Positions 40,081 to 51,605 are shown, counted from the first letter of the stretch. The stretch is DNA of 64,000 bases from a virus (IMGVR_UViG_3300032038_000027:32001-96000), one strand, 5' to 3'. The notes: generated by a model not told the origin, from the letters alone. Program-made: numbers and translations.

Positions 40081-43000
40081 TTATAATGAGGATATTTTTT
40101 GATAGCGAGATATCCATAACTCGCTTGTATTGGGTATAGATTCCCATTTACCTAATTCATTTTTGCGCTGTTTAGGCTTTTTTGTAGTGCTGCTGATCGT
40201 AACAATATCGCCCTCTTCTAATACGCATTTTTTGAATAAAGGTTTTGAGATTTTACAGTCAATAGTCGTACCATTTTTTAAAGAGTACATTTTACAGCGC
40301 GGAGAATATTTAGTATCAATTTCTAATACTACCGCCATACCACTGTATCTATCATCACGAATAGTTAAATATCCAAGATACTCTTTTTGCGCTTTGATAT
40401 CGTCTGATAATTTTCGTGGCGAAAATTTCAGCTTATTTGCAACAGAATTAGCAAATTCTCTAAAATTCACATCCGTAAACATTGTTTGTGTTTCTCTTTT
40501 GGCATAAGGCTTAATATCTTCAGTGCCTAAATTAAATGTAGCTAAAGCATCTTTTTTAAATTGTTTCTTGCCGACGAATTTGTTGAAAAATTCAGCTTGT
40601 TTTAGCAATAAGTTAATATCGCCAAATTCAGAAAAGTAATCCAATTCAATCAAACACTTTAATTGTGATTTTGTTGCAGAAGTTTTATACTTTATATCAA
40701 ATAGTAATTCAAAGAATGTCTTATAATTATTGTCGCGAAATTCGTAGATTTCATCAGCTACTTTAGCGTTCATGCCTTTAATACTCTGTATGCCTTTATA
40801 AATACTGTAATCAGTCCTTGATAAAGCATAATCGCCTTTTGAATATCTGAACTTAATCGGGCGCAATTTTATTCCCCAATAATCCAATTCTTTAGTAAGT
40901 CTTAATGTACGCTTTTCGTCATCACCATAAAAGTTTAGAGCTGTTGTATAATATTCCAATGGATAATGTGATTTTAAATACGCGCCGTATAAGCTATCGT
41001 AAGCATAAGAGAGAGAATGTGAAGCGTTAAATGAATAGTGCGCCGCTTGTTCAACAACTGTCCACGTTCCATCAAAATTATCAGGATTTCCAACTTTTTT
41101 ATTCCAACCTTCAAGAAGTTGTTGTTTCAGTGCTTTCAATTCCGGCTCTTTAAATTTTTTCTTTGATATTTTTTTGATAATATCATATGAACCTGTTTCT
41201 TTAACGCCTAACCAGATCAAGTATTTCATGATTAGTTCCTGATAAATCATGCGGTTATTGCCCTCTGCGAGAAGATCATCTAATTCTTTAACACCAGTAG
41301 AGTAATCTTTGCGATCTATGAAATCTTGTAAAAGGCTTGCGCAACCCGGACGAATGATCGCAACAAACGCAGACATCTCAGATACACTTTTAGGTTTATA
41401 ACGTTTGACCAAGCCTGTTGCGAAATCGCTATCAGCCTGATTGATAGTACACGTTAATCCATTTTTATATATGTCAAATGTTTCATCGTCAAGTAATTCG
41501 TTAAATTCGCGGATTGTTGGAATAGGAATATTCGCCATTTTGCACACTTCGCGAATAATTGCCCAAACTGTGACGGTCAAATAATCATTTTTCAAATATT
41601 TATATTTATCACAGTTGTAACCATCAAGTAGACAACATATTTTCGGCGAATCTTTAGAATTTGTTCTAATAAGACCTAATTCTTGTCTTACAGGTTTATA
41701 GTACAATAACATCGAGCATGGTGATTCGGATATGCTTTCTATAACTCCGATGAATCGTTTGCTTTCTTGTATGATATTCTTCCATTTCTTATCATGCTCG
41801 TAAGCTGCTAAATTTTTCGCTACATCATCGTAGTCTTTAATATCTAATCCAATTCCTTTGCAGTAAAGGCGAAACGCTTTTGCGGCTTGTAATGGATTCC
41901 ATGCTACCATCCATGCGCAATTTTCTGCGCCAAGTAAATCTTCTGTTGCTTTAATAAATGGAACTCTGTCTGTTGTATTAAGGTCTATCCTTTATACCCT
42001 CGGTTTCCCGATATTTATTAGGGGAGTAGACTATACCATCATCGTTGATATTATCTTGGATGCCAGTTGGTAGTCGTTGGGGGCTTTAATAATATAAATT
42101 ATTACTATCCCTGCTGATTGCCCATTGTTACATACGCAACATTTTCACACTTTGGTAGTTACGTCTTTAGGGGTTTCCAGCATATTCTGGTTTTCATTAC
42201 ATATCACTATGTAATGCGACAAAATAACTATGTTATAAATATTTCCAATGCAATCCCGCCGCTGTCCTTGTTGGGTGCTTTAACGCAACGGTCAATGAAC
42301 CATCTGATTTAATTTTATATTTTTCTTTTGCATATTTGATACATTCAAATATTTCACCAGTTTCAATGCACATGATTCTTTTAGCATTTGGATTATTTTC
42401 ATTTTTATATATAGGATTGTTTCGTTGCTTTATACTTAATTTTTCTTTTTGGTCGTCTGTCCAATAATGTTTAAAATTAGGATTATTCTCGCCAGACACT
42501 AATTTGGAAATTTTTGCTCTAAATTCAGCGGATTGATATATTCCGCTTTCTTGACGTTCTTTAAGAACTCTGGCTTTATAATCTTCATCTTCCCATTTCT
42601 TCTTATTAATTTGCGATTGCTTTTTTCTAAACTCTTCGGGTGCTTTCCAACCTACAGTACCTTCACCACCTTTCGTAAGATTATACCCATTTGGTGCTTT
42701 AGAGTTATACATTTCAATATATTTCTTTTCTAAAGCGCAAGCACTTTCGAATGTTAAATTATCAGCTATAATTTTATGGCTGAAGTTTTCCCAACCATAT
42801 TTATTAATCGCATTTCTAAAATATCCTTTATATCCTTTACCACCTTTTCTCCATCTTTTTTCCGGTGGTATTTGACTGGTTATTCCTATATATTTTTTAC
42901 CATTGAACAAATTTGTGTGCATATATACGCACCAATTAGAATTAACATTGTTATACATTTATCGGGTAAAGACCTTGCACCCAATATTCTTTCGACAGAC

Positions 43001-44151
43001 ATAAATCTATGTGGAAACAGCGTAATCGGTGAAGCAATACGATCAATATCGGTTAAACCAAGTAATTTAGTAATATAAAAACTGGGAGCTGACCCGCGCC
43101 CCGTATTGGTTAATCTGCCATCATATTTTGCTTGTCCGTTTTTTGCAACAATATAATCAATTAAGAAATAGTTCTCCATATGAGTTTTTTCAACGATATC
43201 TAACTCATACTCAATAGCTTTGGTGTATTCTTCCCAACGCTCTTTTGGAACATTATGTTTCTCGATATCCCATTGATTATTGATAATTTCGCGCAAATCT
43301 TCTGTTGGTGTTTCAGAAACTTGCGGCAATTTTATATCATCATTAATCAATGTAATCGATTCACATTCATCAAACACATTAGTCTTATCGAGCGCAGATT
43401 TTGCCAACGAACTTTTTACAACACCTTGCTTATCATATCTGTCGAGGATTTCATCATATCCGGGATAATCAAGACACATTTCATCTTCATTATCATATTT
43501 AAAACCTTTGGCTTCTAATAGAATATCGCGATATTTTGAATCCTCTGGATAAATATAGTGACTATCATTTGCATGAATTATCGGTATTCCAACTTGCTCA
43601 TGAAGTTTCAGCATTTTTTGATTTACGGTCTTTTGTAGAGCGAAATTATGATTTTGAATTTCTAAAAAGAAATTATCTCCGAACTTTCTATATAAAGCTA
43701 AGATCAATTCACTATCGTCCCAAATTCCCGCAACACACGCTGTTGTAATAATGAAGTTTTTAGGATTTAAAGAGAATAATAATTGCCGATCAATTCTTGG
43801 TTTGCGATAAAAGCCCGTAATATGCGCCTCAGACATGATATCATTAAGCTGCATTACACCTTCATTATTTTTCGCAATAATTATTAAGTGCTTGTTGCTA
43901 TTATCTTTTTCAAATCTATCAGTAACATAATACGCTTCAGTTCCATAACACATTTTGAGATTATATTTTTTAGATTTCTCCATCCACTCAAAAATGTTGC
44001 CTGTAACGCCATGATTCACAGTAAAAACGGTATCATGCCCTAATTCAACAGCACGTTTACAATAATCTTCGGGACTTACTGCAACGTCCATCATCCACGG
44101 ATTACCATAATAATCATGCTTATGATAATTTTTATAAATATCAGTTATCAT
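40081..44151 (-). CDS. dnaE: DNA polymerase III alpha (DnaE-like), intron-split: complement(join(40081..41988,42961..44151))
   Basis: PHP domain (H.H, NHG, ANDSHY), GRGSA, splicing restores LPD-IDLN, KNDYL, IYQE, YSFNASH; about 1032 aa. Confidence 0.93.
41989..42960 (-). ncRNA. Group I intron in dnaE with HEG in the P1 loop
   Basis: Exon ends GAU; IGS gtcg lies after the HEG; caacgactac / ggtatagtct P7 elements; terminal G before ATA GAC. Confidence 0.9.
42233..42958 (-). CDS. GIY-YIG homing endonuclease with NUMOD-type C-terminus
   Basis: CVYMHTN..NGKKYIGIT, RW, E..YI, GYNLT.GG; GENNP and CIETGEIF NUMOD-like motifs. Confidence 0.92.
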   Translation of the reverse strand: MYNNVNSNWCVYMHTNLFNGKKYIGITSQIPPEKRWRKGGKGYKGYFRNAINKYGWENFSHKIIADNLTFESACALEKKYIEMYNSKAPNGYNLTKGGEGTVGWKAPEEFRKKQSQINKKKWEDEDYKARVLKERQESGIYQSAEFRAKISKLVSGENNPNFKHYWTDDQKEKLSIKQRNNPIYKNENNPNAKRIMCIETGEIFECIKYAKEKYKIKSDGSLTVALKHPTRTAAGLHWKYL

Positions 44152-44956
44152 TTTTATTCCACCATTTCTTTCTGCTTTCTTTGTTATATTCGCAGCTATT
44201 ACGGAAATTACAAAGATTATTACAATAGAAATAATCCGTATTAGCGGGAAAATCTGTTTCTTTCTCTATTTTTTTAATGGTGGTTTTGAACCATTCCATA
44301 GTTTCATCATATTCTTTTTTGATGAAAGGAATCGTCGCTAATTTGCCATTTTCTTTAAAATGATGCCATGTCATTTCTTTTGGAAATTCATCGTATAATT
44401 GATGAACAGCATGGGCGTATAAGTACATTTGCTTTTTATAAGAATAGAAGCTGTGCGCAACACTTTTTTTGACTTCTCCATTCTTTTTAAATGGATAAGC
44501 TGAACTTTTATGATCGAGTACAACAATTCTGCCGTCACGTTTGTCGCGCAAGAGTAAATCAATATATCCTATGAAATCATATTTATACAGCTTGAATTTT
44601 GCTTTTAATTCTATTCCTATAACATCGTAATATTTTAACCACGGGAAAGATAAATTACTAAAATAATCAGATAATTTGTTATATGTGTTCTCCATAATTG
44701 AATCTTTAACTTTATAGAAAACATTATTATCATAATTTGTTTCGAAATATTTTAGCGCATTATCTATGGTCAATTCTTTTTTAAATATCAATTCCATAAT
44801 ACTGTGAACGTAACTTCCGATTTCAGCATAGTAGTTACCTTCGGATAAATACAGATCGTTATCATGGATAATATATTGCAAATAATACTCATATGGACAA
44901 TGCTCAAAACAGGTGGTGCGAGAGTAAGACCACCTGATCTGATGTTCTTTGTCTAT
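44141..44956 (-). CDS. PD-(D/E)XK (Cas4/AddB-like Fe-S) exonuclease; probable ATA start
   Basis: Upstream extension WSYSR..CFEHCP; GS.VH; GYIDLL; LDHKS; QMYLYA; C-terminal CNNLC...C. Confidence 0.85.
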   Translation of the reverse strand: MDKEHQIRWSYSRTTCFEHCPYEYYLQYIIHDNDLYLSEGNYYAEIGSYVHSIMELIFKKELTIDNALKYFETNYDNNVFYKVKDSIMENTYNKLSDYFSNLSFPWLKYYDVIGIELKAKFKLYKYDFIGYIDLLLRDKRDGRIVVLDHKSSAYPFKKNGEVKKSVAHSFYSYKKQMYLYAHAVHQLYDEFPKEMTWHHFKENGKLATIPFIKKEYDETMEWFKTTIKKIEKETDFPANTDYFYCNNLCNFRNSCEYNKESRKKWWNKNDN

Positions 44957-44960
44957 ACCT

Positions 44961-45968
44961 TTACACCACCTTTCTTTTATTAGAATACAAATCCTCCCAG
45001 ACTTCTTTACCGCAATCTACGGGGGAATTTTTTGCTTCTTGTCCACCTAAATATCCGTAAGCATCATGAATTTCATATACATTAGTTATACGGCGCAAAA
45101 TATCAATATCGTGTTTTACGTCATTTGCGTTATAACTAACATCGGAATCATAAGCGAACACTATATTCACATTCAGTTTAACTAATAATTGTATTTGTTC
45201 CGGCGTTAATGTATGCTTTTCAGCAGAGGCGCAATTTTTGTAACCCCAACCATATGCTTTCATTACGCTCTTAACAGATTCAAAAATAATAATTTCGTTA
45301 GCTTCTTTAATGTTTTCAAGTGTGATATTTAGCCCTTGAAAATAATCCATTACGCCAACTTTATAATAGTTTATATATTTTGATAAACCCAATTCTTTAT
45401 AATTAAGATATCTGGTGCGCCCTTTTATATTGATTAAATCACCTTGGATATCATAAACAGGATATACAATTCTATTGCTGTAAATATCAATTCTTACACC
45501 AAACAAATCCATTACTTCTTGCGAAATACCTTCTTCGAGCCATTCTGTTGCTTTTAGATCGGCATCGAATTTTTCGAGCGTACTATCGGGCAGGATAGTA
45601 TGCTCAAATGTGTCATTTTCATGGTGCAACACTTTGCGATATTTTTTCAGCATCGTCATAGTAGACGATTTACAAATTTTACTCAGATCAAGACTTGCGA
45701 GTTTTGCAGCTTTTTGAACAGCATCATCAAAACTTAGTTTTTCAAATGCCATTAAATAACCGATAATGCCGCCACCCACACCACACGAGAAACAATAGAA
45801 AGAATTAACAGATGGGGTGAAACACAAAGACGGGGTGAGGTCTGTATGTAGCGGACAATTTGTAAAATAATGATCTTGCCGCTCAACGAAGTCCATTTGA
45901 GTTTGGGCATATTCAAAGAGGTTAGCGTTTTCGTTGATTTCAGCTAAAGTGTCATCATCGTATTTCAC
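44961..45968 (-). CDS. dnaG: DNA primase (CHC2 zinc finger + TOPRIM)
   Basis: CPLH...FYCFSC; IKGR; IIFES; AYDSD. Confidence 0.88.
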   Translation of the reverse strand: MKYDDDTLAEINENANLFEYAQTQMDFVERQDHYFTNCPLHTDLTPSLCFTPSVNSFYCFSCGVGGGIIGYLMAFEKLSFDDAVQKAAKLASLDLSKICKSSTMTMLKKYRKVLHHENDTFEHTILPDSTLEKFDADLKATEWLEEGISQEVMDLFGVRIDIYSNRIVYPVYDIQGDLINIKGRTRYLNYKELGLSKYINYYKVGVMDYFQGLNITLENIKEANEIIIFESVKSVMKAYGWGYKNCASAEKHTLTPEQIQLLVKLNVNIVFAYDSDVSYNANDVKHDIDILRRITNVYEIHDAYGYLGGQEAKNSPVDCGKEVWEDLYSNKRKVV

Positions 45969-45987
45969 ATCTAACCCTCTTTCTTAT

Positions 45988-47343
45988 TTATGTAAAACTA
46001 TTATCTCTTTGATGTTGCTGCGCCTCGATAATTGTAAATGTATCTCCTGAGAAAACGAAATCAATATAATCTTTTTCGTCATCTTCCATCATTTGTTCTC
46101 CTAATCTATTTACATATATCTTGGCATAAGCATTACCACATTCCATTCCATCATCCGCTATCATAGCTTGGGTTTTATATCCCCATTTAATTCCTACGGA
46201 TAGATAACGATTGATCTTATCTGAATCAGCGACTTCATCTTGACGGTTAAGTTGACAAGCGGAAAGAACAGCTAAATCAAGTTCACCCGCAATCATGTTT
46301 TTCAAAAAATCACACTGAGCGCCCAGAATATTGTAATTCTCACTTGTTTTCTTTGCGTTTGATTTCATATAATCAAATACAACGAAAGTTAAGCCCATTT
46401 TATATTTCAGCATTTTACAAATGGAGTATAATTTTTCGTTACTCATGTTTGGGGCGAAAAGATGAACAAAAGGTTGTTTTTTAATCCACGCCTTACAATC
46501 CTCAATTTTCTTTGCTTCTTGTTCGTTGTAATTGCCGGATTTTATCTTTTTTACGCTGATTCCTGTGATATGTGCCATTAGACGCTCAACATATAATCGT
46601 GTTTTCATTTCTGTATCTACGACTAATGTTGGCACGCCGTTTCGCAACTTATGGACAACTTCATTCATTAACAAAATTGATTTGCCTTTTTTATACTTTG
46701 CTTGTACAACAACTAATTCACCTTGTTCAAATGTAAAATAATTATTGAACATAGGATATTTTGATGGGATTCCATATAAGCCATTTTCTGATCGGCGGCT
46801 TACAATTTCATCCCAATAATCATCAATATCTTCTCCTAATAAATGAATTTCATTATTAGTTGTTAAATATTTTTCTGTTAATTCATTGATGTCTGTGTAA
46901 GTTGCGGAATCTAAATCATCTAACGAAATATTAGAGTCGTAACATTTACGTTCTAAGTTTTTAAGCAGTTTAATATAATCTCTTTTGAACGAAAGCGAGA
47001 TCACATTATCAACAAGCATCTTATATTCTTCAAGAGTATTTCGTGTAGTTTCCTTATAAAGTTCTAAAACCTCTTGAATGGATGGAAGATTATATTTTTC
47101 TATTTCTCTTGCAACCGCCGCATTACTTTGTAATTTATTTGAAATATTGTAGGCATCAATATTAGTGATACCATCCCGATATAGTTCTTGAATTGCCCAA
47201 TAGATACAAGCATTTTCTTTCCCTACAAAATAATTTGGTTTCAAGTAATCAGTATGTAGAATAAATTCGGGATGTTGAATCACAGTACCAATGATGCCGC
47301 TTTCAGACTGAATGTCGGAAAGCTCAGATATATTGTGATTCAT
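45988..47343 (-). CDS. dnaB: DnaB-like replicative helicase
   Basis: SESGIIG N-domain; Walker A AKYKKGKS; DTEM; VFDY; QLNR. Confidence 0.88.
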   Translation of the reverse strand: MNHNISELSDIQSESGIIGTVIQHPEFILHTDYLKPNYFVGKENACIYWAIQELYRDGITNIDAYNISNKLQSNAAVAREIEKYNLPSIQEVLELYKETTRNTLEEYKMLVDNVISLSFKRDYIKLLKNLERKCYDSNISLDDLDSATYTDINELTEKYLTTNNEIHLLGEDIDDYWDEIVSRRSENGLYGIPSKYPMFNNYFTFEQGELVVVQAKYKKGKSILLMNEVVHKLRNGVPTLVVDTEMKTRLYVERLMAHITGISVKKIKSGNYNEQEAKKIEDCKAWIKKQPFVHLFAPNMSNEKLYSICKMLKYKMGLTFVVFDYMKSNAKKTSENYNILGAQCDFLKNMIAGELDLAVLSACQLNRQDEVADSDKINRYLSVGIKWGYKTQAMIADDGMECGNAYAKIYVNRLGEQMMEDDEKDYIDFVFSGDTFTIIEAQQHQRDNSFT

Positions 47344-47912
47344 TAACTACCTCCCTTTAAAATACCTCCGAAGCCCTTTTTTGCTGAATGGTTAATAGTA
47401 AATTCGGGAGCGTTTTTACTATCTTCTGCTGTAAAATCAGAAAATGATTTTATACCGCTTTTGCGTAGCTTTTCTTTTCGATATGCGGACTTTATTTCTT
47501 CTTTATCAACGTAGTATCTAAACCCGTTAGGGTAGCGGAGTGGCATTTTGTGGTCTACAATATAATCCATAGTAAAAGTAAGATATTCTGTAGAAATACC
47601 ACGCCCAATTAAATCATTCAATACACGCTTTAATTCGCTAATCACAACAGTATTACTAATGTGCAAAAACCATTGATTCTTGATATATTCAATATCCGCT
47701 TTTGTGTTTTTATTAGCTATTTTCTTAGCATTTTCAGTTTTTTTGACGATTTTTGCTTGCTTTTCAGCTAATTGTTTGGCTTCAAAGCAATCTTTATGGA
47801 AATAAAATGTCTTTTTTATTTTTACATACGGTTCACAAGAGATATCAATTTCTTTGCTATTATGCAAGCAATCAGCATATCTACAGATTTTAATATCTGT
47901 TTTTTTGCTCAT
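47343..47912 (-). CDS. Hypothetical replication-region protein (Cys/His motif)
   Basis: CRYADC...FHKDC; lies upstream of the helicase. Confidence 0.5.
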   Translation of the reverse strand: MSKKTDIKICRYADCLHNSKEIDISCEPYVKIKKTFYFHKDCFEAKQLAEKQAKIVKKTENAKKIANKNTKADIEYIKNQWFLHISNTVVISELKRVLNDLIGRGISTEYLTFTMDYIVDHKMPLRYPNGFRYYVDKEEIKSAYRKEKLRKSGIKSFSDFTAEDSKNAPEFTINHSAKKGFGGILKGGS

Positions 47913-48523
47913 TATTCCTCTTCCTCTAATAAATAGGTTGATTCAAGGTCTGATTCATGGATTGCCAAAATCAATGGATATTTACGAATAGCTGCGCTAA
48001 GTGTATTCCATGACTCCTTCGGTTCAGTAAAGCCCATATGCCAACGAATAGCATATCTCTCGACAGGCTCTAACGTAATATAACTCTCAACTATCATCAC
48101 GGATTTCTCTCCGTGTCCATATGGAATCCTATCGTCTACTACATAACCCGGTACGGATTGCCAATCAAATCGACCTTTTTCATCACGCTTTGTGCCATGT
48201 TCGTCATATATCTTCTTGTTTCTATACTCAACGTTATAGAAATATGTTTTGCAAATATCGTGCAGTAGCGCAGAAATGACGATATTATCGTGAGTAACAT
48301 TTACACAATGCGGTTCTTTGTTGATAAATTTCTTATTCAGTTGTTCGTAAACATTTAAGGTATGTTCAAGCAATCCACCCTCATGACATGAGTGATAGCG
48401 TGTACTCGCCGGAGCGGTATAGAAGTCTGACTTTCTAATGAAAGAAAGCAGATCATCCATACCGTCACGACTAACATCACCTAATAATGTTTCGAACTTT
48501 ACAACATTATCTTGATTCATCAT
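47912..48523 (-). CDS. HD-domain hydrolase
   Basis: APASTRYH..GGLLEH, LLHDICK, GHGEKS, IRWHM, HESD. Confidence 0.88.
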   Translation of the reverse strand: MMNQDNVVKFETLLGDVSRDGMDDLLSFIRKSDFYTAPASTRYHSCHEGGLLEHTLNVYEQLNKKFINKEPHCVNVTHDNIVISALLHDICKTYFYNVEYRNKKIYDEHGTKRDEKGRFDWQSVPGYVVDDRIPYGHGEKSVMIVESYITLEPVERYAIRWHMGFTEPKESWNTLSAAIRKYPLILAIHESDLESTYLLEEEE

Positions 48524-48525
48524 TA

Positions 48526-49008
48526 TTATTCAAAAGGAAGATCGTCGTCATCATCAACGGCAACATCCGGCTTCTTAGTAGACGGCTTTCTTGTCGGCTT
48601 CGCCGCTTCGCCGTTGCCATTGTAAATTTCAAGGGCATAAACGTGGAAATTGGTATAACCAACTTTCTTTTCCGCATCATAAGGTGTCTTAACACCAGTA
48701 GCGAGAAGTCTTACGGTAAGACCATTCTCAGGGATTTCAACGCCCTTGATAGCTTCATGCGCCTGTCCGCTAAGAGTAACGAACTTATTATTCATATCCG
48801 TTTCATAATGAGCCTTGCCGCTTTCATCAACTCTCTTAACAGATGTGCTAAGTTCAACCGTAGAGAACTCGCCTCTATCAGTAACAGCCCAAATACGGGC
48901 GAAACCACCAGAGCGATTTTTTGCGATAAGTGCAGACAGCTCCTTTTCATTCATACCAAGATCGTTTGCTAAACCTTTAACGTAAATATTTGCTGAACAA
49001 AATGCCAT
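48526..49008 (-). CDS. Single-stranded DNA-binding protein (putative)
   Basis: Acidic DDDDDLPF tail; adjacent to Sak. Confidence 0.7.
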   Translation of the reverse strand: MAFCSANIYVKGLANDLGMNEKELSALIAKNRSGGFARIWAVTDRGEFSTVELSTSVKRVDESGKAHYETDMNNKFVTLSGQAHEAIKGVEIPENGLTVRLLATGVKTPYDAEKKVGYTNFHVYALEIYNGNGEAAKPTRKPSTKKPDVAVDDDDDLPFE

Positions 49009-49027
49009 AATTGTTACCTCTTTCTTA

Positions 49028-49702
49028 TTATTTTCTTACTGCAAGCAGATTTTTTTGGAGAGTTTTAAGAATCTCTTCGTCATCAATAGTCTTATAATTG
49101 CCGCGAATCAAATCATCATCAATGTTCGGATTTGCGGTCTTTTCAGCCTTCTTGCAAAGATCAGATACTTGTTTCTTTGCCTTATCCGATAATGCAGTTT
49201 TCTTTGTGACCAGATCGCCGATTTCCTTTTTCAGCTTAATTACCTCGGCAGCAACATCAGGCAAATCTTCACCCATGAATACATATAGACCAATACCGTG
49301 TAAAGCAAGGCACTTAGCGAGGCAACGCTTGAATGACTTATTCGCCACAAATGATGTGATCTTGTCAATGGTAACAGGCTGATTCTTATGATCGAGGATA
49401 GGAAGTGTTTCAACGTGAGATACGCCGCAAATTGTAACTTCTACCTCTACCCAACCGTACTTGCCATCATCATGCCAAAATCTGGTGTTACCATATTCAT
49501 CCATAATCTGCGGAATAATTCTGAAATTAGCGTCCGGGAAACGTGACTTTACTTCAGCCCACGCCGCAGCCCACGGCAAATAAGATAACTGGTTTTTTGT
49601 CTTGACTTTGTTTGAAACATCAACATTATTAAGTGTTTCAAACACTTTTTTCTCAGTGTATTCTGAGTTTAATGTTTCGACATTTGTTTGAATGTTATCC
49701 AT
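49028..49702 (-). CDS. Sak (Rad52-like, DUF1071) single-strand annealing protein
   Basis: LSYLPWAAAW, VEVEVTI, LPILD.KN, RCLAK.LALHGIGLY.F.GEDLP. Confidence 0.88.
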   Translation of the reverse strand: MDNIQTNVETLNSEYTEKKVFETLNNVDVSNKVKTKNQLSYLPWAAAWAEVKSRFPDANFRIIPQIMDEYGNTRFWHDDGKYGWVEVEVTICGVSHVETLPILDHKNQPVTIDKITSFVANKSFKRCLAKCLALHGIGLYVFMGEDLPDVAAEVIKLKKEIGDLVTKKTALSDKAKKQVSDLCKKAEKTANPNIDDDLIRGNYKTIDDEEILKTLQKNLLAVRK

Positions 49703-49754
49703 AACAATCAATCCTTTCATTAAATAATAAATCTATGTAATCACTCTAAGAGTG

Positions 49755-50096
49755 TTATTGTTTTTTGACTGCGCGGCAAATATAACCATGATTGAGGAAA
49801 CTAATAAATGCACGAAATTGCATACTTTCAATCCATCCATAGTGTCTTATTGCATCACGGAAATAAAATAAAGATTCGCCGTTTTCTTTGAGATGAAAGT
49901 ATTCATCAACGCTTTTAATTGGTTCGCCTTGACGATATTGGCGACGACTTTCGAGATATTCATCATATTTCTTGCGCTTTTCACATTCGCGACAAACTTC
50001 ACCAACTATGCCCCAATTTGAGCTGTCGTATCTCGTCTGACCACTTGGCGTTTTATATGAATAGGCGCATTTACATTTATTACAAGGTTTCTGCAT
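49755..50096 (-). CDS. Hypothetical protein (CxxC pairs)
   Basis: ORF in the operon. Confidence 0.45.
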   Translation of the reverse strand: MQKPCNKCKCAYSYKTPSGQTRYDSSNWGIVGEVCRECEKRKKYDEYLESRRQYRQGEPIKSVDEYFHLKENGESLFYFRDAIRHYGWIESMQFRAFISFLNHGYICRAVKKQ

Positions 50097-50107
50097 AATA
50101 CATCACT

Positions 50108-51214
50108 TTAATGCGCCGCCACATCCGCTTCATGGATTAGCATAACGTCATTAAACATATCCTCTCCAATTAGCTTTAAATCACGATTGCGCGATTTTTC
50201 TGATCTATTCCAACTCATGTACGGGTGCATATGGTAATAAATCAAATTACATAAATAACTCAATTTATCGGAATTAAGTTCATCCATAAAGCCGTAGAAT
50301 AGAGCCTCATAAGCGCCGACACATTGATGCTGATAATAGTGACATTCACCGTCGTCAATTCCCTTGAAGTTCACTCTTGTCTTTGTGTGTTCTTTGCCGT
50401 TATCATGTAACACAGTTGCAAATTTAAAGAGAACAAAATCATTTTTAACCTTTGCGGCAATTTCATCTCGATCAACATACTCTAACGCCTTAATAGAATG
50501 ACTGCCCAAAGTGAGTGCATGATGTGAATTTTCTTGGTCAAAATGTGCCGCTCTTGAAAGATAATCCATGAGATAATAAGTGTTTGAATAAGTATTAACT
50601 ATACTTTTATCAAAGATATAATAAATATCATTAAATCCCTCATGCTTATGTGGCGGTGTGTAGTTAAAATACATTCTCTTAACTACTTCCTGCGGTACTT
50701 TCTGGGTGCGAAATTCATTTGTCGGTCTTTCGGCGCACCTTTGCAAACATTTCTCATAAGGTGTCGCCATTACCACACAAATCTTCTCGCAATCAATTTT
50801 CTTAATACGTTGCAGGAAATCAATTCTCAATGACTTTTTGATATTTGTCGCATCATAAATAACGCTTTTACCGTTAGACAAATCATTGATGATATTTTTA
50901 TGTAATTGATTGAAAAGAGTTTGATTATCTCCTTGAATAGCTGCATCACCATATAATTCATGGCGTAATTTATCAGAAGAATGAATAATTGGAGTAATTA
51001 ATAAATGAGCATTAAATGTTGCGTCGAATTTAATCTTGTTGCCGTGTAGACAAGTTGTGGGATATTCTTCGGAAATATGAATTCGATTTTCCGCATAATA
51101 AGATTTGCCAGAACCCGGAAGTCCTATCATCATAATGAAATAAGGCTTCTCTTTTTTATCTAATAAAAGCTGATAATCATTGAATAAAATATTATTTTGC
51201 TGATTATTTTTCAC
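50108..51214 (-). CDS. Polynucleotide kinase (AAA_33-like) fused to an HD phosphohydrolase
   Basis: GLPGSGKS, SSD.LR, DATN; H...L..H, LHDNGK, HYYQH, YHM, HEAD. Confidence 0.85.
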   Translation of the reverse strand: MKNNQQNNILFNDYQLLLDKKEKPYFIMMIGLPGSGKSYYAENRIHISEEYPTTCLHGNKIKFDATFNAHLLITPIIHSSDKLRHELYGDAAIQGDNQTLFNQLHKNIINDLSNGKSVIYDATNIKKSLRIDFLQRIKKIDCEKICVVMATPYEKCLQRCAERPTNEFRTQKVPQEVVKRMYFNYTPPHKHEGFNDIYYIFDKSIVNTYSNTYYLMDYLSRAAHFDQENSHHALTLGSHSIKALEYVDRDEIAAKVKNDFVLFKFATVLHDNGKEHTKTRVNFKGIDDGECHYYQHQCVGAYEALFYGFMDELNSDKLSYLCNLIYYHMHPYMSWNRSEKSRNRDLKLIGEDMFNDVMLIHEADVAAH

Positions 51215-51603
51215 TGTTCATCATCCTCTTCAAGCTCTGGAATCCGATCATTCTCTTGAATATCTTCGTCAATTACTTTCTTATCCTGTTCGGTGATAAG
51301 TCCAAATTCAGCCATTTCGGGGTTGTTATTCGCCACTCGGCAATAAGCCTTGACCTCACTAATGCGCTGAATAAGCGGTTTAGATGTATCGGCGAGCTTA
51401 TCAAGCACAACCTTAGAGCAAATATAAATTCCCTTTTTCAAGCCCTCTACGAATTGTTTCCGTAAGGCATCAGCAATAATCCGATTCATTTCTTCATCGG
51501 CTTTTCTTTTTTCTTCCTCGGTGATTTTCTTAGGTGCGGCAGGTTCAACACCTAAAGGGGTAATCGGTGATTTAGGATTAGTTGTGTCCATATTAACCTC
51601 CAT
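51211..51603 (-). CDS. Hypothetical protein
   Basis: ORF in the operon. Confidence 0.45.
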   Translation of the reverse strand: MEVNMDTTNPKSPITPLGVEPAAPKKITEEEKRKADEEMNRIIADALRKQFVEGLKKGIYICSKVVLDKLADTSKPLIQRISEVKAYCRVANNNPEMAEFGLITEQDKKVIDEDIQENDRIPELEEDDEQ

Positions 51604-51605
51604 AA

